DNA of 64,000 nt from Octopus sinensis (GCF_006345805.1 NC_043008.1:38874001-38938000); one strand, 5' to 3'. Shown: positions 1 through 14,460, numbered from the stretch's first letter. Notes: generated by a model from the sequence alone, not told the origin. Program-made: numbers and translations.

Positions 1-494
1 TGTTTTTGTTGTGGCTGCATTTTCAGTGGAGATATTCGTATGTTGGTTATTTTTATGGCGTTTTCATGACGCCGCTCTTTAATCTGCCTATGTTGACATG
101 CTGTTCCTCTTTAAGATAGAGAAGTCCTACAATTCCAGGCATAGTAAGTCAGTATGATAGCGAAATAATCGGGTTATGTTCAGAAACTATTCAGCATCAT
201 GGTAAAAACACAAAAGGGAATCGGTGTTTTGAATTTGTTTTTCATATTTCCCCCCCCCTTTTATTTATTCAGAAGGGAGATCCTTGTCATAAACAGCGGA
301 CATTAAGTGAAGAGAGCAATATGGCGTCTGTTTGGATATATTTCATGTTATGGGGACTATTAGCTCAAGAACATATGTAAATAGATACACTTAAGCGGTA
401 CTGTCCCCGCCAATGGTGATTTCATTGCTTGCGTTAATGTTTGTGCGAGCCATAAAGGAGTGTGTGTGTATGTGTGTGTGTGTTTGTGTGTTTT

Positions 495-533
<39 letters not shown>

Positions 534-644
534 TTGTGTGTGTATGTGTGGTGTGTGGTGCATATCTGTGCAGGTGTCCATACGTATTCGCTTGTATTTT
601 GACCTGCATTTGTTTAGAGCATTATTATTATTTACTAAAAATTG

Positions 645-680
645 AAAGCATTATTATTATTATTATGATCATTATTATTA

Positions 681-750
<70 letters not shown>

Positions 751-852
751 TATCATTATTATTATTATGATTATGGTTATTATCACTATTAATACTTCTA
801 CTACTACTACTACTAACTACTACTACCGCTACTGCTGTTGCAACAGTTACAT

Positions 853-905
<53 letters not shown>

Positions 906-935
906 TTACTACTACTTCTACTACAACTGCTGCTA
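645..935 (+). repeat. Compound (ATT)n / (ACT)n microsatellite; similar tracts at 29080-29350, 37528-37730 and 38400-38515
   Basis: Directly visible; source of the poly-I/Y/T/N/V ORF artefacts. Confidence 0.97.
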
Positions 936-1061
936 CTTTTCTCTCTCTTTCTCTCTGTGTCTGTACAAAATATATACGTTCGCATGTATTTATGTTTGCC
1001 TCTGTGCGCGTATGTGTATGAGGCGCGTGTGGGTGCGTCTGCGCGCGAGCCTGTGCATGTG

Positions 1062-1101
<40 letters not shown>

Positions 1102-1554
1102 GCGTACAGCTGTTTGTGTGTTTTTGCGTGCGGGCGTATACAATTAAGTTACTAGCATTTCTCATTACCAATAAAGGAAGATGATCTTTCTTCGTTGGTG
1201 GCAAGGGAAAAATATATATTTTGGTTTCTTGGACTTTTTCAGCACCGTACAATCTCAAATGTCGCCAGAAAACCGGTTTCGCCTTTTTTGTTTCGTGTCA
1301 TTAAGTTTTCGTAATTTCTTGAGTCATCTCTTCTTATTTCATATATATATATATATATATTATATTATACACCATATTACACATACATATATAGTTGAGA
1401 TATATTATATAATGTAAATATAATAGTATATATATATCTACATATATACATACATTACATACTATATTATGTACGTAGTATATATATATATATATATCTA
1501 TATATATATATATATATACTATATATATAATATTACATATATAGTTGAAATTTA

Positions 1555-1712
1555 TAGAGAACCAAAAGAAACCAAAAGACGAAGATAGGTGTATGAACAA
1601 CGTGCAAGTGTTGACGACGCTCGGGTAGAATGAAAATGCTTTTTATGTTTCGAGCTTACGCTCTTCAACAGAAAGGAATAAGAGAAAATAGAGAGAGAAT
1701 GTAAAAAAAACT
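1555..1712 (-). mobile_element. Family D repeat (diverged), hammerhead-like motif at ~1640-1675
   Basis: tttcgagcttacgctcttcaacagaaag plus the flanking aaaagacgaaga..ggtgta shared with the other copies. Confidence 0.7.
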
Positions 1713-2282
1713 TGTGTGTGTGTGGTTTTTTTCATGACACCACTCTTTAATGCGTGTTATTGGAGAATCGGTTTAATTTTCAATTATACTTACCTGAATG
1801 TTTTTTGTTTTTTTTTGGTGAGAAGTTTTGAATATTGATACTTATATAAATATGTTCAAACATGTGAATATGTATCCATATACATACATATGTACGTAAG
1901 AGTTGAATTTCCGTCTGTTTTTCCTTATTTTAGCATATTATTATTTTTATTTCATTATTATTATTATTGTTATTTTACTTTTTATTTTTATTATTTTTAT
2001 TTATTTATTTGCTATATCAATGTTTTCGTATGGCTGCTAGAAACTAGATTCATTTTCGAATGTATATATGCAGGTGTGTTTGCATGTGCGCGTATTTGTG
2101 CATGTGTGCATGTGTGCGTGCGTGTGCGTGTATGTATGTTTATACATATGTAAGTAATATTTATGTTGCATGTATAATTAATATGGTCGCTAGAATGACC
2201 ATTATGTTGCTTGATTGGCTGCGGCTGCACATTAACGAAATCTATGTAAATGTCACATTGTTTATATAGATATGAGAGTATA

Positions 2283-2316
<34 letters not shown>

Positions 2317-3509
2317 GCAGACAGACAGACAGAGACAGAGACAGACAGAAAGAAACAAGGATGGAAAGAGAAGGAGGGAGAAGAGAGAGAGAGAGTTAGA
2401 CACTGAGAAAACAGAACTAGAGAAAGAAAAATGAGGGAGAAAAATTTTTAATGTGTATGTTTGAGAGCAGGTAAAACTATGTTGTGTTTGTGTGTATGCG
2501 TGTGCCCAAGAAGGGAAAAAGAAATAGAGAACGAGAAAGAGAAAAAGAAGGAAAGATAAATTATTGTGATAGCTAAATAAGGAGCATGTTTGGCGGTGTG
2601 CGTTCGTCTCGATTGTACGTGACCATGTTGATTATGTGTCTCCGAGTTGAGTGTCTGACGAGTATATTTGAATGTGATGTAACTAAAGTTATGTATGCGT
2701 ATGTGATTTAACTAAAGATAAGTATGCATATGGTGTGTATATGTGTGTGTATATCTATACGTGTGTGTGTGCTTGTGCGTGTGTGAGTACGTGTATGATT
2801 TGTGTATATGAGTTTGTGTTTGTGTGAGAACGTGTGTGAATTGTATATGTGCGTATGAGACTGAATCATAACATATACGTAACTATATAGATTCGTCAGG
2901 TTTGCAATGCACAAAAATAATAAAGCCATCTACGTAAAGTTTACGATAAATATAAGAGTTCTCCGAGTAAAACGAAAGTACATAGGATGCAGATCAAGTC
3001 AAAAGGGACATTCATTTAATTATTATAGCAAAATTATAGAATCTAGCTTTATTGAAGTTTGGCTCTATTTATTTTCTTATTTATTTTATATTTCTGGGAA
3101 AACTCTAGTCAGGAAACTTCTACAACTAAAAAGAAAGAAAAGCATTGATTCTTTTAGTCGTATTAAGTCGTTCAGACATTGCGTTCAGCATTCTGCTGCA
3201 AGGTATTTCAGGATAATTGTAATAATTTGCAGACAGTTACAAAAACAGCGTTTCTTGAACACTGGGTAATGGCCGCGAATAATAATGGCGCTTATAGACG
3301 GCATATGTATGGTTAATAAAATACGACTGGATACACACGTCGTATTGCTCGCTGTCTGTTCTACTGTATAGACACAGTAGTCAATGAGATGTTGACAAGA
3401 TGAAAGACAGAGAGAGAGAGAGAGAGAGAGGTGGGGAGCAAAAGAGAGAGAGAGAGGTGGGGAGCAAAAGAGAGAGAGACTGAGTATGTGCGTGTGTATG
3501 TGTATGTGC

Positions 3510-3548
<39 letters not shown>

Positions 3549-3616
3549 TCAGTGTCTGTGTTTTAATATTGACTACCTAGATATGATGAGTAGTCACTAT
3601 GTGTGTATTATCTATG

Positions 3617-3647
<31 letters not shown>

Positions 3648-3721
3648 ATATGCGTGGTTGTGTATACACATTGTACATATATATAGCTTTGTATATATTA
3701 TATAAACACACACACATTTTT

Positions 3722-3769
<48 letters not shown>

Positions 3770-3878
3770 CGTATATATATATATATATACATGCATACAT
3801 ATATATATACACACATACATATAATACATATGCAATATATATGCATACAGTATATATAAAATATATACATATATATAT

Positions 3879-4323
3879 TTCGGTGCGAATAGTTTTTTAT
3901 ATGACGCCATTTTTACAATCTTGTAAATAATAATGGTCTTTTTTTATATAAGCTTAAAACTTATGGTGATAACCGTGCAATGACTAAGGAAAATAGTCTG
4001 ATAAAGGGCCATATAAGCGCACGACAGAAAAAAGAAGGCTTTCCTATCCGCGAGGGAGTCGAAACCTCAGCGAATCAGCGTCCTATTTCCTGTCAAATTT
4101 AAGAACTATAATAGTCCGTGTCTGTTTCTTTGTTGGGATGTAAACAAACTTTCTATATGCTTTCGGTGCGAATGATTTTTTTTGTTTTTTGTTGTTCTTT
4201 TTTTACGGTGCCAATTTTGCATTCCTGTAAATATTAATAATGGTATTTTTATATAAGCTTAAAACTTATTGCCGAACACCGTTGCAATCATAAGGAATAA
4301 TCTAATAAAGTGCATATAAGCCC
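3879..4323. repeat. Diverged ~150-bp direct repeat (3879-4020 and 4162-4323)
   Basis: TTCGGTGCGAAT..AATAATGGT..TATATAAGCTTAAAACTTAT..TAAGGAA..ATATAAGC occurs twice. Confidence 0.8.
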
Positions 4324-4344
4324 TCATATATCATATATATATAT

Positions 4345-4400
<56 letters not shown>

Positions 4401-4999
4401 ATATCTGTACGCACACAACATAAAAACACACACACAGATAGGAATATATATGTATATATACGTATGTATGTATGTATATATATATATATAATATATATAT
4501 ATAATAATATACAACACACACACATATATGTATAGATATATAATATAATATATATATATATATATTATATATATATAGCAGTATCAAACGGACCAATAAA
4601 ATGCTATTATACACCACCGGCCACAATGAGCTCCCGATTTTGTCCAGTTGCTTAACTAAATCATATGCCCATCGTCATGGAGGCCTTTTCTGGTCCCTTT
4701 GATACTACTTTTAACTTTGGGCTAGGTAAGCCTTAATTGGCTGGCCAAAACGTCGAAGTCCCTGGTAAGGAATAATGAATTTATACTCTGCAAAATGTAT
4801 TGAATAATCAATCTTCCAGTTTAATGTAAAATTAGTTTTATTATAACCCAAAAACAAACAACATCGATATATATATATATATATACATACATACATAAAT
4901 AATATATATATATATATAACTTTTTACTCTTTCACTTGTTTCAGTCATTTGACTGTGGCCATGCTGGAGCACAGCCTTTACTTGAGCAAATCGACCCCA

Positions 5000-5452
5000 G
5001 GTAATATTCTTGTTGTTTTTAGCCCTAGGTCAGGACTATCTCAACAAACTTATAATCAAATGTGTACTTATGATGATGGCTATACTATTCTCCTTTAAAA
5101 TCTCGATAAACGGAAATAAGAATAACTCATGGGATGATATATATGTATGTATACGTGTGTGTGCGTGTGTGCATGTGTATGTATAAATACATACATACGT
5201 ACATACATTCTACATCGAGTGAGAGACGAGATGGACGCTTCGCTTTTGTGCTGGTGCCTCACCCTGTCGTACGCGACTGTGAAGATTTGCATCCCCAACG
5301 TAAAACTTATAATGTAATACATGTCCTTGAAGTAGTAATTGTACGCGGCTGAAGAAGGCCATAGACACACATTATGCATTGTTATAAATCCGTCTAATAA
5401 AGGCCCGAAACATATGCACCGCTGAATCCTTGGCATCATGTCTTTATTTTGA

Positions 5453-5490
<38 letters not shown>

Positions 5491-5520
5491 CATTATATAT
5501 ATATATATGTGTGTGTGTAA

Positions 5521-5551
<31 letters not shown>

Positions 5552-6200
5552 CTGTGTGTGTGTGTATGTGCATAGATAGATATACATACGTATGCTGGTC
5601 GGGTATACATTCAGCATATAGCATAATACAATATATTATTTTAATGTTTAGCCGAGATACATTGATTAAGTAAATATTCTCTCTTCATGTAGACACTGTA
5701 GATGTGAATAACACAAACATTGTTGAGTAGATGAAGACTCGAATCATAATAGTTATATGTCTTGAATAATGGAAGCAGACGCACTGTTGAAGTGCGGCTC
5801 GGATATATATACACTTGCTAGATGCTAATTGGATACATACAGTCTATAGATGTTTCTTGGATATATAGAACCAACAGAAGTTAATTGGTTGGGCATATAT
5901 AATCAGTGGTTCTTTGACTTATACCGATAAAAGATATCTGAAAGACGGTCTATATAATACTCATTGATTGAAAGGACAATTTACTTCTTGCTGGTAATAT
6001 TCTTGTTGTTTTTAGCCCTAGGTCAGGACTATCGCAACAGACTTATAATCAAATGTGTACTTATGATGATGGCTATACTATTCTCCTTTAAAATCTCGAT
6101 AAACGGAAATAAGAATAACTCATGGGATGATATATATGTATGTATACGTGTGTGTGCGTGTGTGCATGTGTATGTATAAATACATACATACGTACATACA
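5000..6200. repeat. 208-bp direct duplication (5000-5207 and 5993-6200), 2 mismatches
   Basis: GGTAATATTCTTGTTGTTTTTAGCCCTAGGTCAGGAC..CATACGTACATACA occurs twice. Confidence 0.95.
5345..5422 (+). ncRNA. Type I hammerhead-like motif with U16.1>C substitution
   Basis: GCGG-CTGAAGA-AGGCC-A-TAGAC..GTCTA-ATAAA-GGCCC-GAAA-CATATG-CA-CCGC. Stem I is GCGG/CCGC, stem II is two-part and helix III is palindromic. Confidence 0.6.
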
Positions 6201-6583
6201 GAGATGCATATATGTATATATCTAGATAAGTATGTATATGTACATTACGTATATACGTATATTCACGTATACATTCACACATACATATATGTATATATAT
6301 ATATGTGTGTGTGTGTGTGCCTGTAAATATATATATACATACATATATACATACATACATGCATATATATATATACATTGTGAGTTCGTGTCTCATAGCC
6401 GGCCGCCAACACATTTTTCTGCAAGATAGGGGTAGCTTATGATTAACATCAATCAGCATTTGAGAATTTAGAATCACTTCTTTAACTTTCTAAGACATCT
6501 CAACGCTTCTAAAGCAAACTTCGTTTGTTTGTTTACGTTCATCGAAATTTGAATTTGCATAAATACATATTTACATAAATATG

Positions 6584-6614
<31 letters not shown>

Positions 6615-6663
6615 TATATATACATATATACACACATATTTACATATACATACTCGTGGACAC

Positions 6664-6707
<44 letters not shown>

Positions 6708-7118
6708 TTACCATTTGGTTTTAATACTGTTCCTGCTAATATTAATTATCTCTTAATAAGTACACAGGCTACTTGCGACACCAATGTCTTAACAGAGATT
6801 GATATTCTGTATATCGTTGACGGGGCAACCGCATGCTCTGTCTTCTCTGGACGTCTATCTTTGACAAGGCCCAAGGAAGGGCGGATTCACGCCATTTCCG
6901 TCGGCCATTTATCGCCCGTCAGTGATACGAACAAGAATGTTTTTATTCACCGTGAGTCCATATGAGAGGCTCTCTAAGGTAAATAGCGCAGTATTCTTGT
7001 CCTAACAAACGATCCACTTTAAGTGGGACACACACATACACAAACAAACAAACACTTATATACGCGTGTATGTATATATGTATGAGTGCTTAAATGTATG
7101 TATGTCTGTCTATCTATC

Positions 7119-7168
<50 letters not shown>

Positions 7169-7277
7169 GTTTGTGTATATTCTTTTATTTGCCGGAGGGC
7201 CTGGTTGAAATGTATGTGTATTTGTGTATGTATACATATATACATACATATAAAATGCAAACATTGTTAATTTTTGT

Positions 7278-7676
7278 ATTCTTTTATTTGTTTCAGTCAT
7301 TTGACTGCGGCGATGCTGGAGCACCGCCTGTTGTCGAAGAAATCGACCCCACGACTTATTCTTTGTAAGCCTAATACTTATTCTATCGGTCTCTTTTGCC
7401 GAACCACTAAGTTACGAGGACATAAACACACAAGCATCGGTTGTCAAGAGATGGTAGGGGACAAACACAGACATATTAACATACACAAACGCTCACACAC
7501 ACATATATATTAACGACGAGCTTCTTTCAGTTTCTATCTACCAAATCCAATCGCAAGGATTTGGTCGACCCGAGGCTGTAGTTGCAGACACTTGCTCAAG
7601 GTACCACACAGTTGGACTGAACCCGGAACCGCGTATTTGGTAAGCACACTACTTATAACATTCGCACACCTGTGCC
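7278..7676 (-). mobile_element. SINE family A (tRNA head, CORE-like segment, internal microsatellite, TAAAAGAG tail), full-length
   Basis: Family consensus has A/B-box-like TGGCTGTGTGGT / GGTTCAGTCCC and CCTTGGGCAAGTGTCTT; the tail is gtttcagtcatttgactgcggcc on the plus strand. Confidence 0.9.
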
Positions 7677-7952
7677 TGCTTATATATATAAATACAAAAT
7701 ATGTATATAAAAAAACCTCGTGTATATATGTATAATCTAGGGTGTACCTGCTGAAGAAGACTTCGCCTAGCAAATTATGTTATTTGCAAAAATAAATGTG
7801 AAACCATGGTCCAGGAGTTAGATGGTAAATTTCCCTTCGAAGTTTTATGCCTATTAGTGGTTTGGAATTTAACTGTTCTTTCTAGCGTGCAAGGAGTCCT
7901 ATGATTGCTGCCTCTTAATTTGTTTAAATGTACACTGTTTTTATATATGTAT

Positions 7953-8026
<74 letters not shown>

Positions 8027-9788
8027 GGATAGACAGACAGACAGACAGACAGACCCACAAATACATAGATAGGTAGATAGATAAACAGGCAATCAGGCAG
8101 GCAGACAGACTAACGGACAGACAGACAGATAGTCAGGCAGACAGATTGATAGATATATAGACAGACAGACAGATACATACATGTATGCAAACATACATGC
8201 ATGCATCTTGGAATCGTATATAAATGGTTTCGTTTACTCTATATTGCACAACTTTTTAGATAGTAGGGTATAATTTTAACTATATCTTGCAGGTCGAGAT
8301 ATGGTTTACAGCCTCTCTCTTTTGCGCATGTGATTACCATGTAGACCCCCAAAGAGCAAAATGCTTCCCTGAATGAACTACATTTATTCATGGTGACTTG
8401 ATAGACAGATACCACCAGTAGATGTGTCGATAGACAGAGTGTGTAGGCGATGATGAGATGAAACATGGTCTGTAAATATACACATTAACGTTACTGCTAT
8501 TATATTTTACTATCAGTAAAAACAAAGATTTGCTAAATATTAAAATCAATTCAAGCCAGGTAGAGGTAACGTCCCAGATATCTAGTATTTATTAAAATTT
8601 TAGGAGCTGTAATTTTTAGGAGCTGAAATTTAACTGTAATTTTTAGGAGCTGAAATTTTACACGCAATAGATATTTTTATTCACTCAAGAATAACAACAA
8701 AATCTCCCAAAACTTTTCTTTTCTTTCTTCTATTCGAAAAGAGTAATTTTTCCCGAAATATAAGTTCATTAAACAACCTATATACAATTATTAAACAATC
8801 GTTAAACAGCCTGTTTACGATATATTTTCTCCTTTACTCTTCATTCACTGACATCGTTTTACATACGTTGCTTACTTAAGTCACCACCCGCATTATTCAA
8901 TTGATTTTGCAAGCATCTACCTTATGTATATTGCAATACTCCAGGCAAATTAGAATATTCTTTGATCTTATTATTATTTTGCTGCATAAATTTTTTTAAT
9001 GCTTCATAACATCGCTTCATTATGTAAAGTGTTCCGGTTACGTCTTTGATTTCTCTTTATGGTTAAGGTTTTTTAAAGGTTAATTCTTCAACCTTTTTCT
9101 TTATTTTACGTGTGTTTAATTTGTCTTTTATATCTTACCATAGTTAAAGTTGTTTAAACTTAACACCTAATTATATTGAAAGTTTCAATTATATCTTCGA
9201 TTTTTGTTCATAGTGAAGTTAAAGTTGTTGAAAGTATAAGTCGAGCGTGTTTCATTCTTTTGAAAGTTTTTATTATGCCTTCATTTTCATTCCATAAATA
9301 AAGGTTGTTCTGAGTATGACATAGGAACACTTGTGACATGTGGAATAATATTAAAGATTAAACTACGCGTTCTATGAAGGTGTAGTTAAAAATTTAGCAA
9401 ACGAATTAATTTGATTAAATCTGATTTTCATCGAGTACCGCGGCAACTTTTTCCGTCTTACCAGGCCTTCTCAAGGAATGGTGTCAAATGATATCAAATT
9501 CAGGAACGATATGGGTAAGTAGAATGGTTATGTGGTTTGCTTCGAGACTATGTGTTTCTGCGTAACATCTTGAACAAAGAACTTTGCTATAGCCTAAGGT
9601 TGAACCGCATCTTCAGTGAAACTAAGCAGTCAGAAACTGAACAGAAGAACGCCGAGTGGATTCAGCCTGCGATTCAAAAGCTGCAGCTTTGTTGTACATA
9701 ACATCATATTGATTCTGCTAGAGAATCACTTTAACGTCAAACGTGGAATACTCAGACGGTTACACGTCAGTTCAGGAGCAGATAAGTC

Positions 9789-10015
9789 AGGCGAGCTGGC
9801 AGAAACGTTATCACGCCAAGCAAAATGCTTAGCAGTATTTCGTCTATCGCTACGTTCTGAGTTCAAATTCCGCCGAGGTCGACTTTGCCTTACATCCTAT
9901 CAGGGTCGATTAAATAAGTGCCAGTTACGCACTAGGGTCGATATAATCGACTTAATCCGTTTGTCAGTCCTCGTTTGTCCCCTCGTGTGTAGCCCTTGTG
10001 AGCAATGAAGAAATA
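9789..10015 (+). mobile_element. SINE family B (tRNA head GGCGAGCTGGCAGAA..GAGTTCAAATTCC; Meta-like central domain)
   Basis: B-box GTTCAAATTCC and the central GCCTT.CATCCT.TCGGGGTCGATAAA.TAAGTACCAG. The domain name is from recall. Confidence 0.88.
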
Positions 10016-10308
10016 AGATATAAGAAATAATTTAGATGATCGAATAACTGAATCCTCATTGTCAAAGGACGGAGATCCTCCACTTCACATTTAGTAGATT
10101 GGCACTGATTTAAATGGTTATTTTACGTCTGGAAATGGTCTGTAGGTAATTTGTCTCCGTCATTATGTGTAATAGCATTGGCTGGGTAGACATAAATTAC
10201 ACTGTCTAGATGTGATGTAATTGAAGAAACATTCTGCCGATGGTTAGAGAGAGTTTATAGCTGCAGATCTGCTGATTGGTAGACAAAGAGTCTATAGATG
10301 CCGACTGG

Positions 10309-10364
<56 letters not shown>

Positions 10365-10466
10365 ATATATATATATCAATATGTACATGTATGTAATACA
10401 TATATGCATGTATGTATGTATGTATGTATGTATGTATGTATGTATTTATCTGTCTATCTATCTATC

Positions 10467-10505
<39 letters not shown>

Positions 10506-11321
10506 TATATATATATATAACATACAAATAAATATAGATACATACATACATGCATATATATATATATATATACACACACACATATATATGTATATGTATA
10601 TATATATACACATATATATATATATATATGTGTATGTATGTATAAATATATATATATATATATATATATGTGGTGTGTGTGTGTGTGTGTATCTATATAT
10701 ATATACACGAATGTATATACATATATATATACATTAAATATATATATATATATGTGTTGGTGTGTATGATATATATATATATATATATGTATATATTATA
10801 TATATATATATATAAACATACATATTCATTTATATATGCCGCAGTCAAATTACTGAAACAATTAAAAGAATATATATATATGCATACAGGGAAAGAGAGG
10901 GAGAGAAAAAAGGATTGATAGACAGAGAGACAGACAGAGAATAACGAAGGCAGTTATGCGCAATATAAAACCAAAAACGAAAAATTCAATTATCATTAAT
11001 TTTGAATGCGAGTGCCAGATAGCACCTATATTGATAGAAACAGGAGTTAAAAAACCTTTGGAGGTGCAAGAAAGCACATTTTCATGTACTGATAGGGGAG
11101 ATAACCGTCCCATAGCGAAGCTAGATCACTATATTAGACTAGATTTTCTTGAAAATTACAAGGTCATCTGTAGTGACTACTCCATTGCTGCTCGAAATCA
11201 GGAGTAGATGGACAACTGACAACTGGCGAAGGGTTGTTCTTTATGTTACTTGTTTTGATTTCTCTTCTCAAATAGTATATATATACTCTTTCTCTGTCCT
11301 CCTTTTTAATAATAAAAAGAG

Positions 11322-11354
<33 letters not shown>

Positions 11355-11481
11355 ATATATATAATATAAAATGGGACAAGAACGCAAGATATTCAAATAG
11401 ACGATACAAAAAACATGGACGGGTGATTCGAAGCCTCTAATCTTCGGTCAAGAACCGGATCATCCTCGCAATTTCGGCTGA

Positions 11482-11518
<37 letters not shown>

Positions 11519-12048
11519 GTAAAAGAACGCAAAACATTCAAATAGACGATACAAAAAACACGGATGGGTGATTCGAAGCCTCTAATCTTCAGTCAAGAAC
11601 CTGGTTAATATATATATATACTTTTATATATATATATATACTTTTTTTCTGTTCTTTTTAAATCAACACCTGCGTTTATCATGACTATTTGTCATGAATG
11701 TGTACTCAATTATTGCTGCATTTGCCATTCAGCCTTCCGAAACAAACATTGGATGAATCCTGCTCGAAGACTTTAACGTATTTATGCTTATTTACTGTTA
11801 ACGACATTACCTCATCATGTATATCAGTATGTATAATATGCATTATGGCATTAATCATTGACCCGAGAGGAAAAATGGTAGGGTTAACTACGGTGGGATT
11901 TGAACTCAGATTGCTAAGTATTAGAACTAGTACTGCGAAGCATTCTATCGAATGCATTACATTGTTGGTTATGTCGATTCGTCATATAAATATATCATAT
12001 CTTGCACGTATAGATATATCATATATCACACATACTGAACACACACGC

Positions 12049-12136
<88 letters not shown>

Positions 12137-12168
12137 AGATATATACACACACACACCATATATATATA

Positions 12169-12206
<38 letters not shown>

Positions 12207-13123
12207 TAATACATATATATACATATATATATGTATATGTATGTATGCAATATACACATATATATATGTATGTATTACATATATATGTATACAATGTAAA
12301 TATAAATGTATATATATATGTGTGTGTGTGTATATATATATAAAGCATATATATATAGTGACAGGGAGTGAGAGAGACGGGGAGAAAAAGATAGAAATGT
12401 GTGCCTATGTGCGCACGTGCGAAATGTCTATTTCTCTACTTAAGATGTAGTTTGAGTGCATTTTAGTTGTACAAATAAACTCAATAATAAGAACAATAAT
12501 AATAATGATAATAAATAACTTTAAAGACAGAACAGTGGGAAAGTAATACGTCGGACACATATCCAATTTTAGCCAACTTAAACGAAGTGATATCTGAGAA
12601 AATTACAATATAATGACTAAGTTGAATTAAAAATATATAAAATATATATATAACTATAGTTGAAACAGTTTTTCTGCTTTGGTGGACTTAGTACATAACT
12701 TTTCAATTACCGTTGGGACGGAAACATATTTTATTACAAAAATGCACTACGTACAGACACCCAGGCAGCAAGACATTTATCTTCGATATGAATATACAAA
12801 TATGTGCAAGTAGGTTGGTAGATAAATACAGATAAAAATATAACGAAAGAGAATTCGTTTTTTTTTTCTCAACAGAATCCTTTAAAGCCAATGTTACAAT
12901 CTTGTGTTCCAGAACACCAGAGTCTGGGAAATAGATCGAATTTGCTAGAGAAGTCAAGTCTTAGTGTTCATACTGTTTACCATGTATATGTAATGAAGGA
13001 AAGCAGTGTGTGTGTGTGTGTGTGTAAATTCTTAAGGAGGTTATTCACAATTTAAAAGCCAAAATGCACAAGAACAATAGTCACTAAAGTAACTGGTGCT
13101 GATGTTACTTTAGTGATGACTAA

Positions 13124-13167
<44 letters not shown>

Positions 13168-13680
13168 ATTTATATTAAGGGCATTACTGTACATAAATGC
13201 CTCACGCTAGGAGGGACTCTTAAAGTCAAAACTACCATAATAAACACTTTGTACTGAACGGGAGTGAATGCATTTTTGTGCACTGATTATGAAATCATAT
13301 GATCTGCGGCTGAATCTGTTTTTAAAAGGCTCGCTTCGAGAGTTGCATTCCCTCTCCAACAACTTTCGGATTTTGTGCCTAGAGTGGAAAAGAACATTCA
13401 AATCAACGTGGGGCTGTAACCACTCAATGCGGAAAAGTCGCGGTTCCACCTGGTAAAACTCCAATAGCGTTACTCCCGAGATCCTTAATATCAATACGTG
13501 CTAATTCAACAGGAGTTGAATTATACATGCACCCATGAAGTTCCGTAGATGTGATGAGGTACCTTTCTTTATTAACACCAATAATTGATTGTGTAATTGT
13601 ATTGTATAATGCTAAGCATACACGTAGATAAAGGCATGTGCGTAAATATATATATATATATACACACACATACATATATA

Positions 13681-13898
13681 TTCTTTTATTGTTTTATTTG
13701 CTTCAGTCATTTCATTGCTGTCATGCTGGAGCACCGCCTTTAGTCGAAGAAATCGAACTCAGGACTTATTCTCTGTAAGCCTAGTACTTATGCTATCGAT
13801 CTTTTTTGCCGAACCGTTAAGTTACGGGGACGTAAACAGACCAGCACCAGCATCGGTTGTCAAGCGATGGTGGGGGGGACAAACACAGACATACAAAC

Positions 13899-13947
<49 letters not shown>

Positions 13948-14112
13948 TACGACAGGCTTCTTTCAGTATCCATCTACCAAATCCACTCACAAGGCTTTGG
14001 TCGGCCCGAGGCTATAGTAGAAGATGCTTGGCCAAGTTGACACGCAGTGGGACTGAACCCAGAACCATGTGGTTGGTCAGCAAGCTACTTATCACAGAGC
14101 CACTCCTTCGCC
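13681..14112 (-). mobile_element. SINE family A, full-length
   Basis: Same consensus, with a (TA)n centre. Confidence 0.92.
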
Positions 14113-14370
14113 TATATATATAACGGTCTCTCCTGTTGATTTCAAAGTCTGAGGATCTGAACACCTACTTTTTCTTTGTCAGCCACAATGCTTATGTTGA
14201 ACGTGACATTTGAGTCCGGCCAACGATTTGCAAGAAAGCCCACAGATGCTGCATGTATTAGGATTAAAGGTCAGTGTAGGTGGTATATATATGATTGTGT
14301 ATATGTGTGTGGTGTGTGTGTGTGTGTAAAGAGAGAGTGAGAGAAAGAAAAAAGAAAGAGGGAGGGGTAT

Positions 14371-14432
<62 letters not shown>

Positions 14433-14460
14433 TGGAGGTATAGATTTAGATATGTTTATA

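Noticed and set aside
360-1258. Long ORFs (up to 207 aa) of poly-I/V/T/S/N/HT/CV
   Set aside because: Translations of (CA)n, (ATT)n and (ACT)n microsatellites; the same applies to most YI/CV/HT/LSIY ORFs in the track.
1262-1325. GAAACCGGTT palindromic helix III-like motif (minus strand)
   Set aside because: The core is degenerate (CTTAATGA) and stems I and II are unsupported.
8292-8335. GRDMVYSLSL after a good acceptor, Sema-domain-like
   Set aside because: In-frame stop two codons later and only a weak donor.
10956-11207. 83-aa ORF with NFECECQI..FSC..ICS, superficially like an LRR C-terminal cap
   Set aside because: Cysteine spacing fits poorly, there are no LRRs upstream, no convincing splice sites and its end overlaps repeat family F.
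13207-13494. 95-aa minus-strand ORF after a TTTTACCAG acceptor
   Set aside because: It overlaps a SINE B variant tail (TTGTGCCTAGAGTGGAAAAG) and has no recognisable domain.
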